NCBI RefSeq assembly: GCF_900187275.1
Contig: NZ_LT906458.1
Span: 1,530,001 to 1,562,000 of the forward strand
Reading direction: 5' to 3'
Length of the DNA: 32,000 nucleotides
Source of the DNA: Pasteurella multocida
GTDB lineage: Bacteria > Pseudomonadota > Gammaproteobacteria > Enterobacterales > Pasteurellaceae
Positions 19,696 through 28,805 of this stretch are shown here, in pieces. The position numbers and the translations under genes are program-made. The notes under the pieces are model-generated. The model was not told the DNA's origin. It worked only from the letters and a program-made list of their open reading frames with translations, and did no database searches. Positions within the stretch are counted from its first letter, which is position 1, and every line of letters begins with the position of its first letter.

Positions 19696-20743
19696 AATTG
19701 AAACTGCCTATACGGCAGTTAACACCAATCTGATAATCGAGCCAAGATCGCTTTATTTCTAAGCTGCCTACACGGCAGTTAACAAGAGCAGAAAACAGAA
19801 GAATTGGAAGATGACTTTCTAAGCTACCTACACGGCAGTTAACAGTGTAATTCCGCTCCGTTGCTTAAAATAATCTTTCTAAGCTGCCTACACGGCAGTT
19901 AACGTATGAGTTCGGCATTTGCAGAGCTTAAAGCTTTTCTAAGCTGCCTATACGGCAGTTAACCGGGTGCGCAAATGGTTTGCGACAAAAGGCGATTTCT
20001 AAGCTGCCTATACGGCAGTTAACAACTATAATAAAAAAGGCTGTTGCCATTGCTATTTCTAAGCTGCCTATACGGCAGTTAACATGACTTTTGGGGAGCT
20101 ATCGGCATAGTGCTTTTTCTAAGCTGCCTATACGGCAGTTAACACGTGATGACGTGCTCATCTGCGCTGTGGCTTTTTCTAAGCTGCCTATACGGCAGTT
20201 AACGCTTACGGGGATTAACGTGAGCGCGGACACTTTTTCTAAGCTGCCTATACGGCAGTTAACCGTTTCTTCATTTCGCTTACGCTCCCGTTGATTTTCT
20301 AAGCTGCCTATACGGCAGTTAACTTTGATCCATCAAGAAGTGATCATGTGTTCATTTTCTAAGCTGCCTATACGGCAGTTAACGAATACGCGGGGACAGC
20401 TTACAACCTTGCAACTTTCTAAGCTGCCTATACGGCAGTTAACAAAGGCAATATGCGACAAATTCCAGAGATTTTTTTCTAAGCTGCCTATACGGCAGTT
20501 AACGCTCGCGGAAATCTACCCCGATTTAGACACATTTTCTAAGCTGCCTATACGGCAGTTAACCTCGGGATAATCATCCACTGCTCACCTGAAATTTTCT
20601 AAGCTGCCTATACGGCAGTTAACTACGCCATTATGACGACTGACTTCCGCGATAATTTCTAAGCTGCCTATACGGCAGTTAACTTGGTTATATTCTACAC
20701 ACAATAAACACTTTTTTTCTAAGCTGCCTATACGGCAGTTAAC
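19696..20743 (-). CRISPR. type I-F CRISPR array, 18 repeats and 17 spacers, no cas genes in window
   Basis: The 28-bp unit TTTCTAAGCTGCCTATACGGCAGTTAAC recurs at an exact 60-bp period (starts 19696+60n), separated by 17 unique 32-bp spacers. Its reverse complement GTTAACTGCCGTATAGGCAGCTTAGAAA is the type I-F repeat. It has the Cas6f hairpin CTGCC-GTATA-GGCAG and the 8-nt handle CTTAGAAA. The degenerate terminal repeat (AATTGAAACTGCC...) is at the low-coordinate end, so transcription runs on the minus strand with the leader at the high-coordinate end. Confidence 0.97.
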
Positions 20744-20890
20744 TAAAACAGTCTAATCGACATCCCTTTATTCAGCAAGTATGGCGCCTATCAAACTGTT
20801 AAAAACCCTTTTTCTAGACATAGAAATAACCCTTTGATCTTATTAGATAAATAATCTAGCCAGAAAAAAGGGTTAGCAATTTAGATGTGA
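20744..20890 (-). promoter_or_regulatory. CRISPR leader / srmB 3' region (candidate leader promoter and srmB terminator-like structure)
   Basis: 147-bp AT-rich segment between the srmB stop and the newest repeat. The minus strand carries TTGATA (20789-20794), a 16-nt spacer and AATAAA (20767-20772) as a weak sigma70 candidate. The arms AACCCTTTTT(T)CT and AGAAAAAGGGTT (20804-20817 / 20863-20875) are inverted and followed by TTT on the minus strand. Confidence 0.35.
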
Positions 20891-22219
20891 TTATTCTGCG
20901 TTAGCAGGAGGTGTATTGGATTTGCGACGTTTACCAATATTTTTCGTATCTTTATGACGTAGTTTCACTTTTTTCTTTTGCTCTTGTTTTTGCTTCTCTT
21001 CACGTTTTGCTTTAATGCGGGCTTTTTGTTTTTTACTGACCGTTTTAACTTCTCCCTCTTTCGGTGCTTTGGTGCGAGGAGCTAAACCTTCGATAATACG
21101 TGCTTTCAGTAATTCTTGGGTGTAACGTTTGATTTTACCCAACAATTTATAATCATGGGCTTCCACAAAAGACACCGCTACGCCTTTTTTACCTGCGCGT
21201 GCAGTACGTCCAATACGGTGCAAATAGGTATCTGCGCTGTATGGTAAGTCGAAGTTCATGACATGGCTGACATCTTCGATATCAATCCCACGTGCGGCGA
21301 CATCAGTTGCTACCAAGACCGTCACAATACCATTTTTAAGTTTATCAATAGCGTTATTGCGTTGAGTTTGTGCCATTTCACCTTCTAAATAGGTGGAACG
21401 AATACCGCGTTTACGCAAAGTTTCGGACAGTTCACGCACATCTTCACGTCGACGCACAAAAACAATACCTCGGCTCACTTGTTCTTCATCAATAAAACGT
21501 GCCAATAATTTGATTTTGTGTTCATTGCTGTCAGCATGATAGTACCATTGCTGAATTTTTTTACGCTCACGACGACTTGGTTCAGCGTCAATTTGCACGG
21601 GGTCTGTTAATAAGCGACTGGCGAAATCCACCAGCAATTCGCCCTCTAATGTGGCGGAAAATAGCAAGGTTTGTTTACGCCAGCGAGTTTCGGCGGCAAT
21701 TTTTTCGGCATCTTGTCCAAACCCCATTTGAAGCATACGATCCGCTTCATCAAAGATGAGAATTTCGACTGAACGACAGTCAAAGTTTTCTTCTTTAATG
21801 TATTGCAATAAACGTCCTGGGGTTGCCACTACGATATCTTGATTGCTGTTAAAAATTTCCCCGTGGTTTTGGTAAGCCACTCCACCGGTAATGGTCGCGA
21901 TACTCAAGTTCGTGAATTCCGCAAAGCTTTCTGCCTGCTCTGCCACTTGCATAGCGAGTTCACGAGTTGGCGTTAAAATTAAAATACGTGGGGCACCCGG
22001 TTTGCGACGTGGGTAATCAAGTAAGTGCTGAATGGCTGGCAGTAAAAAGGCGGCTGTTTTACCGGTACCTGTTGGTGCAGAGCCTAGCACGTCACGTTGT
22101 TCCATAGCGGCGGGAATCGTTTCTTGCTGAATCGCTGTTGGACGAGTGTAGCCTTTTTTAGCGAGTGCTTTCAGTAAGGCAGGAGCGAGATCAAAATCTT
22201 GAAAAGTGGCTAATGTCAT
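20891..22219 (-). CDS. srmB: ATP-dependent DEAD-box RNA helicase SrmB
   Basis: Colinear with E. coli SrmB. Motifs GSAPTGTGKT, DEAD (IFDEADRM), SAT and HRIGRTARAG are present, with a basic C-terminal tail. Confidence 0.93.
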   Translation of the reverse strand: MTLATFQDFDLAPALLKALAKKGYTRPTAIQQETIPAAMEQRDVLGSAPTGTGKTAAFLLPAIQHLLDYPRRKPGAPRILILTPTRELAMQVAEQAESFAEFTNLSIATITGGVAYQNHGEIFNSNQDIVVATPGRLLQYIKEENFDCRSVEILIFDEADRMLQMGFGQDAEKIAAETRWRKQTLLFSATLEGELLVDFASRLLTDPVQIDAEPSRRERKKIQQWYYHADSNEHKIKLLARFIDEEQVSRGIVFVRRREDVRELSETLRKRGIRSTYLEGEMAQTQRNNAIDKLKNGIVTVLVATDVAARGIDIEDVSHVMNFDLPYSADTYLHRIGRTARAGKKGVAVSFVEAHDYKLLGKIKRYTQELLKARIIEGLAPRTKAPKEGEVKTVSKKQKARIKAKREEKQKQEQKKKVKLRHKDTKNIGKRRKSNTPPANAE

Positions 22220-22330
22220 GAGTATGGGTTTCTATCATTGTAAAATTGTGGCAGATTATAGCGCACTTTGTCCGTGTTGCGAAATGAAGACGCTATTTGT
22301 ACCAAAAGGCGGTCAATATTAAGGAAAAAT

Positions 22331-23044
22331 ATGTCAGCAAAACAAAACGGTTTTACCTTTAAACAATTTCATATTGAGCACCATCGTTGTGCGATGAAAG
22401 TAGGCACTGACGGGATTTTATTAGGTGCGTGGGCGGATGTCAGTCAAGCTGAACGGATTCTCGATTTGGGAACTGGCACAGGTTTAATCGCCTTGATGTT
22501 AGCACAACGTAGCACCAAAGAAAGCGAAATTCATGCCGTCGAATTAGATCAGGCTGCTTATTTACAAGCACAGGCAAATATTCACGCTTCGCCATGGGCA
22601 CAGCGTGTGCATGTCTATCAACAAGATGCCGCCGAATTTTGCCGAAACGCTGTGAATAAGTTTGATTTAATTGTGGCAAATCCCCCTTATTTTCCACAGG
22701 GTGTGGACTGTGCTACGCCACAACGTGATCTCGCACGTTATACTGCCACGCATCGTCATGTTGATTGGCTAAATTGGGCATCTCATTGTCTTAGCGAGCA
22801 AGGCAAAATCAGCATGGTGTTGCCTTTTGAGGCGGGTGAAACGTTGTTAAAACAGACCGCACTTTATTGTATTGCCCGTTGTGAAGTGATCACTAAAAAA
22901 GGCAAAGCTCCACAACGTTTACTGCTCACATTTTCTTTGCAAGCCCAACCGTTGCAGCCAAGCCAATTGATTATTTATGATGAAAGCAATCGCTATCATC
23001 CGGATTTTATTGGCTTAACCAAAGATTTTTATTTAGCGTTTTAA
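22331..23044 (+). CDS. trmN6: tRNA1(Val) adenine37-N6 methyltransferase (YfiC/TrmN6)
   Basis: [30 protein letters not shown] and NPPY (VANPPYF) match E. coli YfiC. It is divergent from srmB, as in E. coli. Start set at ATG 22331 (AAGGA upstream). Confidence 0.88.
   Translation: MSAKQNGFTFKQFHIEHHRCAMKVGTDGILLGAWADVSQAERILDLGTGTGLIALMLAQRSTKESEIHAVELDQAAYLQAQANIHASPWAQRVHVYQQDAAEFCRNAVNKFDLIVANPPYFPQGVDCATPQRDLARYTATHRHVDWLNWASHCLSEQGKISMVLPFEAGETLLKQTALYCIARCEVITKKGKAPQRLLLTFSLQAQPLQPSQLIIYDESNRYHPDFIGLTKDFYLAF
22856..22864 (-). repeat. Hin-type uptake signal sequence core
   Basis: Exact ACCGCACTT. Confidence 0.8.
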
Positions 23045-23050
23045 GCACAC

Positions 23051-23074
23051 AAAAAGGGAGCGAATATCGCTCCC
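23051..23074 (-). terminator. intrinsic terminator of pnuC (may also serve trmN6)
   Basis: Stem GGGAGCG (23056-23062), loop AATAT, stem CGCTCCC (23068-23074). The minus strand is followed by TTTTT. Confidence 0.75.
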
Positions 23075-23091
23075 ATATCAATTGATAAAGT

Positions 23092-23796
23092 TTATTGTAC
23101 TGACTGACGATGGGCTTTTTCCAATTTTGTCCAGTTGTAATAGCCATACAGTGAGTTGAGTAAATAAGCAGAATACATGGTCACCATCGCAAGCGATCCT
23201 TCTTTGGCCTGTGTCCACAACACAATGGAAATCACATTCAGTGCAATCCACAAAAGCCATTGTTCACGGTAACGCAAAATCATGAGAAGCTGTGCTACGA
23301 CCACGATAACTGTGGTTAGCCCATCTAGCCCTGTTGAACTTCCGCCTGCGGCATTCAATGCTTGCACGAACAATAAAGTACCTATCGTGATAGTACCCAG
23401 TACGATTGCCCAGCCTTTTAAGGTTAAGGATTTGGCAATCACACTTTCTGCGCCTTCACTGCCTTTCTGTAAATTCTCACGCCATAAGAAATAACCAATA
23501 AATTGTGCGGGAATATACACATACAATACCGTATTCATCTCGCCGAGATAATTGGCTTGCCAAGCCACATAAAAGTAAGTGTAGGCAAAAATCAGCCCAA
23601 AGAAGTAGTTACTCACTTTTCCTTTACTGACAAACACCACACATAAAATGCCAGAAATACCTGAAATCATGCCCAAAATCGAATCTGGGTTTTGGATATA
23701 AATGACAATCTGCGCAATTAAAAACAGACTTAACCACGCCACTTCAAAAGGCTTCCAGCCTCCAAGAAATTCATTTTTTACGGCTTGTAAATTCAT
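23092..23796 (-). CDS. pnuC: nicotinamide riboside transporter PnuC
   Basis: 234-aa polytopic membrane ORF. Size, N-terminus (..GWKPFEVAWLSLFLIAQI..) and Trp-rich helices fit the PnuC family. Confidence 0.8.
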   Translation of the reverse strand: MNLQAVKNEFLGGWKPFEVAWLSLFLIAQIVIYIQNPDSILGMISGISGILCVVFVSKGKVSNYFFGLIFAYTYFYVAWQANYLGEMNTVLYVYIPAQFIGYFLWRENLQKGSEGAESVIAKSLTLKGWAIVLGTITIGTLLFVQALNAAGGSSTGLDGLTTVIVVVAQLLMILRYREQWLLWIALNVISIVLWTQAKEGSLAMVTMYSAYLLNSLYGYYNWTKLEKAHRQSVQ

Positions 23797-23828
23797 GCTG
23801 CTCTTCTCCTACAATGAAATTTAGGTTG

Positions 23829-23858
23829 ATTTTTACATCGCTGATTACAAATGTCAAT
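23829..23858 (-). promoter_or_regulatory. candidate sigma70 promoter of pnuC
   Basis: The minus strand reads TTGACA (23853-23858), a 16-17 nt spacer, then TAAAAAT (23829-23835). It lies ~35 nt upstream of the pnuC ATG. Confidence 0.5.
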
Positions 23859-24071
23859 GATAAGCTACATTATCAATTATGAATCCATAATCAAGATATT
23901 TTTTGTTATATACAGATATAATACAAGGTTATTTTTTCTTCCCTCACATCCAAACAGAGATTTCGTTTTATTTTTGAGTGCAAGATCGCTAAAATAGCCG
24001 GCTATTTTTTAATGAAAGAACACGTCTTATATTTTTTATCAAGTCATCAAAACAAAGAGAATTATAACATT

Positions 24072-26975
24072 ATGACATTTGCAGTCGGTCAACGTTGGAT
24101 GAGTGAAAGTGAGAATAATCTCGGCTTAGGTTTAATTGTCGCCATAGATATGCGCACTGTCACCATTCTATTTCCTGCTTCTGAAGAGCAACGTATTTAT
24201 GCTTTAAACTCTGCGCCTTTAACGCGCGTCTTATTTCAAATTGGCGATGAAATTGTGCATCATGAAGGCTGGAAAGGTAATGTCTTGGACATTCTTGAGA
24301 ATAACGGTGTGGCGTTTTATTTACTCAAACGACAAGATAACGGCGAAGAAATCACGATTCAAGAAAGGGATATTGCTCATCAAATGACCTTTAGTAAGCC
24401 ACAAGATCGCTTATTTACCACCCAAATTGACCGTAATGAACATTTCACCCTACGTTACCAAGCTCTGACTCACCAACAAGCCCAATTCCAATCGCCTTTA
24501 CGTGGCTTACGCGGCATTCGTGCCGGCTTGATTCCACACCAGTTACATATTGCCAGAGAAGTAGGACAGCGTACCGCCCCTCGTGTGTTGCTCGCTGATG
24601 AAGTGGGATTAGGCAAAACCATTGAAGCAGGTATGATTTTACAGCAACAATTGTTTGCTGAAAAAGTGGAACGGGTTTTAATCATTGTGCCGGAAACCTT
24701 GCAACATCAATGGCTCGTGGAAATGCTACGCCGTTTTAACTTGCACTTTGCTTTATTTGATGAGGAACGCTGTGCCGATTTTGAAGATCCTGCTTCTGCT
24801 TTATGGATTAACCCATTTAGCACGGAATCACAGATTATTTGTGCCTTAGATTGGCTATGTGAAAAACCAAAACGTGTCGAACAGCTCCTCGAAGCGGGCT
24901 TTGATATGCTGATTGTGGATGAAGCTCACCACCTTGGCTGGTCAGAACATAACCCAAGTTTGGAATATCAATTAGTCGAACAGCTTGCACGTCAAATTCC
25001 CGCGGTGCTCTTGCTGACCGCCACGCCAGAACAGCTCGGACAAGAAAGTCATTTTGCCCGTTTAAGTTTGCTGGACCCCGATCGTTTCTATGATTATCAA
25101 GCCTTTGTACAAGAACAGCAACAGTACCAACCTGTTGCCGATGCGGTGCAAAGTTTATTGGCGGATAAACCCTTAAGTACGGTGGAAAAAAACCATATTG
25201 CTGATTTGTTATCCGAGCAAGATGTCGAACCAATGTTAAAAGTGATCGACTCACAAGCTCACGACGAACAAAAAGCCCTGGCGCGTCAAGAGCTTATCGA
25301 CAACCTGATTGATCGCCATGGCACAAGCCGTGTGTTATTCCGCAATACCAGACAAGGGGTGAAAAGTTTCCCACATCGTACTTACAACCAAATTACCCTT
25401 GAGTTGCCAAAACAATACAATAATGCGGCGAATGTGTTAGCGATGTTAGGAGAAAAAAGCGAAAACGATTCTTTTTACCCGGAACAGATGTTCCAAAAAC
25501 TCAATCCTGATGCTCGCTGGTGGGAATTTGATCCTCGTCTAGCATGGTTAATTACCTTCTTAAAAAATCACCGAGAAGAAAAAGTGTTGGTGATTTGCCG
25601 ACATGCGAATACCGCCATTCAATTAGAACAAGCCTTGCGTGAAAAAGAAGCTATTCGTGCGGCGGTTTTCCATGAAAAACTCAGCATTGTGGAGCGTGAT
25701 CGCGCAGCAGCCTATTTTGCTCAACAAGAAGACGGGGCACAGGTATTACTCAGCTCAAGCATTGGTTCGGAAGGGCGCAACTTCCAATTTGCGAGTCATT
25801 TAGTGCTGTTTAACTTGCCTGATGATCCGGATCTCTTAGAACAATGTATCGGTCGTTTGGATCGTATTGGTCAAAGTCGTGATATTCAAATTCATGTGCC
25901 TTGCTTTGCTGACACCGCCCAAGTGGTACTTGCGCGTTGGTATCATGAGGGCTTAAATGCCTTTGAAGAAACTTGCCCAATGGGTATGACCTTGTTTGAA
26001 ACACATCAAACACAGCTCAATAAATTTTTACAAAAACCGACCGCACTTGAAGGCTTTGCAGAATTTGTTAGCCTCACACGCAAACAGCAACATGAACTAA
26101 AACAGGCTTTAGAAAAAGGACGTGATCGCTTATTAGAACTGAACTCCAACGGGGGCGAACAAGCGCAACAGTTGGCAACAGATATTGCTGAACAAGATAG
26201 TACGACAGAACTGGTGAACTTCACTTTAAATCTGTTTGATATTATTGGCGTTGATCAAGAAGATTTGGGCGAAAAATCCATTGTGATCACACCAGCAAGT
26301 AATATGCTTGTGCCCGATTTTCCGGGCTTAAAAGAAGAAGGCGCAACTGTCACCTTTGACCGTCAACTTTCACTGGCACGCGAAGATGTCGAGTTTATGA
26401 GCTGGGATCACCCACTCATTCGTCACGGTATTGATCTGATCACTTCAGGTGATATCGGCAAAAGTGCGGTCAGTTTATTAATTAATAAAGCCTTGCCAGC
26501 AGGGACGTTACTGTTGGAAATGATTTATGTGGTGGAAGCACAAGCACCGAAAGGCTTACAGCTTACCCGTTTCTTACCACCTACACCAATCCGTTTATTA
26601 TTGGATCAAAAAGGCAATAACTTAGCGGAACAGGTGTCGTTCAATGCATTACAAAAACAGTTAAAGCCGATTGGCAAAAATATGGCAAATAAAGTGGTGA
26701 AAATGGTGCGTCCGAACATTGAGCAGTTAGTCAAACTCAGTGAGCAAAAAATCGTTGCACAAGCACAACAAATTATCCACAATACACAACAGCTTGCAGA
26801 TCAGACATTAAGTGCAGAATTAAACCGTTTAACGGCGTTACAAGCAGTGAATAAAAACATTCGCCAAGATGAAGTCGATGCACTCGAAAACATTCGCAGC
26901 CAGTCCCTCGCCCAGCTACAACAAGCAACCTGGCGTTTAGACAGCTTGCGTGTGATTGTGAGTAACAAAGAATAA
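24072..26975 (+). CDS. rapA: RNA polymerase-associated SWI2/SNF2 ATPase RapA (HepA)
   Basis: [20 protein letters not shown].. is colinear with E. coli RapA over its full length. Motifs [15 protein letters not shown] and DEAH (VDEAHHL) are present. Start set at ATG 24072, not 24012. Confidence 0.95.
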   Translation: MTFAVGQRWMSESENNLGLGLIVAIDMRTVTILFPASEEQRIYALNSAPLTRVLFQIGDEIVHHEGWKGNVLDILENNGVAFYLLKRQDNGEEITIQERDIAHQMTFSKPQDRLFTTQIDRNEHFTLRYQALTHQQAQFQSPLRGLRGIRAGLIPHQLHIAREVGQRTAPRVLLADEVGLGKTIEAGMILQQQLFAEKVERVLIIVPETLQHQWLVEMLRRFNLHFALFDEERCADFEDPASALWINPFSTESQIICALDWLCEKPKRVEQLLEAGFDMLIVDEAHHLGWSEHNPSLEYQLVEQLARQIPAVLLLTATPEQLGQESHFARLSLLDPDRFYDYQAFVQEQQQYQPVADAVQSLLADKPLSTVEKNHIADLLSEQDVEPMLKVIDSQAHDEQKALARQELIDNLIDRHGTSRVLFRNTRQGVKSFPHRTYNQITLELPKQYNNAANVLAMLGEKSENDSFYPEQMFQKLNPDARWWEFDPRLAWLITFLKNHREEKVLVICRHANTAIQLEQALREKEAIRAAVFHEKLSIVERDRAAAYFAQQEDGAQVLLSSSIGSEGRNFQFASHLVLFNLPDDPDLLEQCIGRLDRIGQSRDIQIHVPCFADTAQVVLARWYHEGLNAFEETCPMGMTLFETHQTQLNKFLQKPTALEGFAEFVSLTRKQQHELKQALEKGRDRLLELNSNGGEQAQQLATDIAEQDSTTELVNFTLNLFDIIGVDQEDLGEKSIVITPASNMLVPDFPGLKEEGATVTFDRQLSLAREDVEFMSWDHPLIRHGIDLITSGDIGKSAVSLLINKALPAGTLLLEMIYVVEAQAPKGLQLTRFLPPTPIRLLLDQKGNNLAEQVSFNALQKQLKPIGKNMANKVVKMVRPNIEQLVKLSEQKIVAQAQQIIHNTQQLADQTLSAELNRLTALQAVNKNIRQDEVDALENIRSQSLAQLQQATWRLDSLRVIVSNKE
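26040..26048 (-). repeat. Hin-type uptake signal sequence core
   Basis: Exact ACCGCACTT. Confidence 0.8.
26462..26470 (+). repeat. Hin-type uptake signal sequence core
   Basis: Exact AAGTGCGGT. Confidence 0.8.
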
Positions 26976-27055
26976 AACAGAGTAAAAACCTAGCGCACTT
27001 TTCAAGTAAAACGGCACAGGCACAATGCGTGTGCCAAGAACATTGAGCAAACAAA

Positions 27056-27715
27056 ATGGCATTAATCAGTTACACCCCACCGACCGATCCTTACCTTGAT
27101 ATCGTGCATTACGATGATCATTTTGTGGTGATCAACAAACCGAGCGGCTTGCTCTCCGTGCCGGGTAACCAGCCCCAATATTACGACAGCGCCATGTCGC
27201 GCGTGAAAGAAAAGTACGGTTTCTGTGAACCCGCCCATCGTTTAGATATGTCCACTAGCGGTTTGATTTTGTTTGCCTTGAGCAAAGCGGCCGATCGGGA
27301 ACTGAAACGCCAGTTTCGTGAACGTGAACCGAAAAAACATTATCAAGCATTGGTGTGGGGACATCTGGAGGAAGACCAAGGGGAAGTCAACTTGCCATTA
27401 ATTTGTGACTGGGAAAACCGCCCTCGCCAAAAAATTTGCTTTGAGCGGGGTAAACCAGCGCTCACGTTATATGAGGTGCTAGCCCGCTATCCTAACAACA
27501 CAACAAGAGTGAAACTCACACCAATTACAGGACGTTCTCACCAATTGAGATTGCATATGCTTGCCCTTGGACACCCAATCTTAGGTGATAAATTCTATGC
27601 CCCACCACAAGCCAAAGCCCTCTCGCCTCGCTTGTGTTTACACGCAGAACAGCTAGCATTTCGCCACCCAATTACGCAAGAATGGCTAAGCTTTAGTGCG
27701 CCACCTGCGTTTTAA
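27056..27715 (+). CDS. rluA: 23S rRNA/tRNA pseudouridine synthase RluA
   Basis: VINKPSGLLSVPG, catalytic HRLDMSTSG and GRSHQLRLHM are present. The conserved rapA-rluA pair is retained. Confidence 0.92.
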   Translation: MALISYTPPTDPYLDIVHYDDHFVVINKPSGLLSVPGNQPQYYDSAMSRVKEKYGFCEPAHRLDMSTSGLILFALSKAADRELKRQFREREPKKHYQALVWGHLEEDQGEVNLPLICDWENRPRQKICFERGKPALTLYEVLARYPNNTTRVKLTPITGRSHQLRLHMLALGHPILGDKFYAPPQAKALSPRLCLHAEQLAFRHPITQEWLSFSAPPAF

Positions 27716-27778
27716 TTAAGTAAAACCGATTTTAAATGGTACAATCTACCATCAACGATGAATGAAAGAGAAAAGATT

Positions 27779-28348
27779 ATGGCTCGTAAGAAGAAAACAC
27801 GCCGCGTCAGCGATATTATGCCGGCTCGTAAAGTCGATAAAAAAGTCGAATTGCCAAAGGGAAAACCTGGTAAGAAATTAACACGCTATGAATTAGATGC
27901 CAAAGCGCGTGAAGACAAAAAGAAAAAGAAACGCAAAGGCTTAGCCTCTGGCTCTCGTCATAGTGCCACAGAAAACAATAATAAACATCAAGCGTTGGAG
28001 AAAAAAGATCCGCGTATTGGTAGCCGTAAAAAAGTGCCGTTAGTTGTGGAATTTGTGAATAAGCCAGAAAAAGGCATGACTATTCCACCGATGAAATTAG
28101 AGGAAAAACTGCCAAAACAAGATCCAATGCTAGAGTTGGAGTTACTCGAAAGTAACGAATGTTTAAACCAGCTGTTAGACGATTTGGAAGCGGGCAAAAC
28201 CTTAAGTGCAGAAGATCAACAATTTGTCGATGACTGTTTAGATCGTATTGCAGAATTAATGGACGAGCTAGGCATTTCAGAAGATGACGATCCTGAAGAA
28301 GATCTCTTACGCACCTTTGAAAAAATCGATATTAACCAATTTAGATAA
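27779..28348 (+). CDS. yihI: Der GTPase-activating protein YihI
   Basis: Basic N-terminus, [12 protein letters not shown] box and acidic C-terminus ([10 protein letters not shown]...[10 protein letters not shown]). It lies upstream of hemN, as in E. coli. The start at ATG 27779 is preferred. Confidence 0.85.
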   Translation: MARKKKTRRVSDIMPARKVDKKVELPKGKPGKKLTRYELDAKAREDKKKKKRKGLASGSRHSATENNNKHQALEKKDPRIGSRKKVPLVVEFVNKPEKGMTIPPMKLEEKLPKQDPMLELELLESNECLNQLLDDLEAGKTLSAEDQQFVDDCLDRIAELMDELGISEDDDPEEDLLRTFEKIDINQFR

Positions 28349-28350
28349 GT

Positions 28351-28782
28351 ATGATGTGGACGAACATTTTATTGATTCTTGCCGTGCTGGTTATTGTGGC
28401 AATGGCGAGCTATGCGGGCTACTTATTATTGGCATTGCAAAAGCAGAAAAAAGCCATTGCCAATATGCGTACTGCCCGTAGTCAGCGCTTAACCGAAAGT
28501 ATTGTGATTATTGCGAAAGCCATGCAAAATGGCGATTGTAATCATTCGGAAGGCGTCATTCGCTTAAAAATGTTGCTTGATCCCTTGGGTAAAAAGCTCA
28601 AAAATTATCAAGCCATGTATCAGCTGTATGAAGTGGTAATGGAAATGCCGACTCATGAAAAGCGTCGCGAGTTAAAGAAAAATGAACGTATGCGTTTAGA
28701 CTTACAACGTGAAAGCGCCGAAGCGGAATTAGAGCAGAAAATTCGCTTAGAATTACAGCAATTATTAATTGATATGAAGTAA
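28351..28782 (+). CDS. DUF2489-family small membrane protein
   Basis: 143-aa ORF with a single N-terminal TM helix (NILLILAVLVIVAMASYAGYLLL) followed by a charged coiled region. It sits between yihI and hemN. Confidence 0.65.
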   Translation: MMWTNILLILAVLVIVAMASYAGYLLLALQKQKKAIANMRTARSQRLTESIVIIAKAMQNGDCNHSEGVIRLKMLLDPLGKKLKNYQAMYQLYEVVMEMPTHEKRRELKKNERMRLDLQRESAEAELEQKIRLELQQLLIDMK

Positions 28783-28805
28783 ATGGAATCTTGTTGGGGG
28801 AAATC

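Noticed and set aside
20091-20573. ORF-track proteins 20091..20294 and 20325..20573 with the repeating peptide FSKLPIRQLT
   Set aside because: They are translations of the CRISPR repeat at 60-bp (20-codon) periodicity. The open frame is an artefact of the repeat lacking stops, not a repeat-protein gene.
19724-20715. Possible self-targeting spacers or USS-containing spacers
   Set aside because: By eye, none of the 17 spacers matches elsewhere in this window, and none contains AAGTGCGGT or ACCGCACTT. A genome-wide search is still needed.
24470-26224. Antisense ORFs inside rapA (24470..24685, 24835..25254, 25810..26013, 26006..26224), which might be hidden genes
   Set aside because: rapA is colinear with its E. 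coli orthologue across this span. The antisense frames show no motifs, starts or RBS.
28769-28782. FNR-like half-palindrome TTGATATGAAGTAA upstream of hemN
   Set aside because: Only the left half matches TTGAT-N4-ATCAA. It lies inside the DUF2489 coding end, about 30 bp from the hemN ATG, which is too close for a typical FNR class II site.
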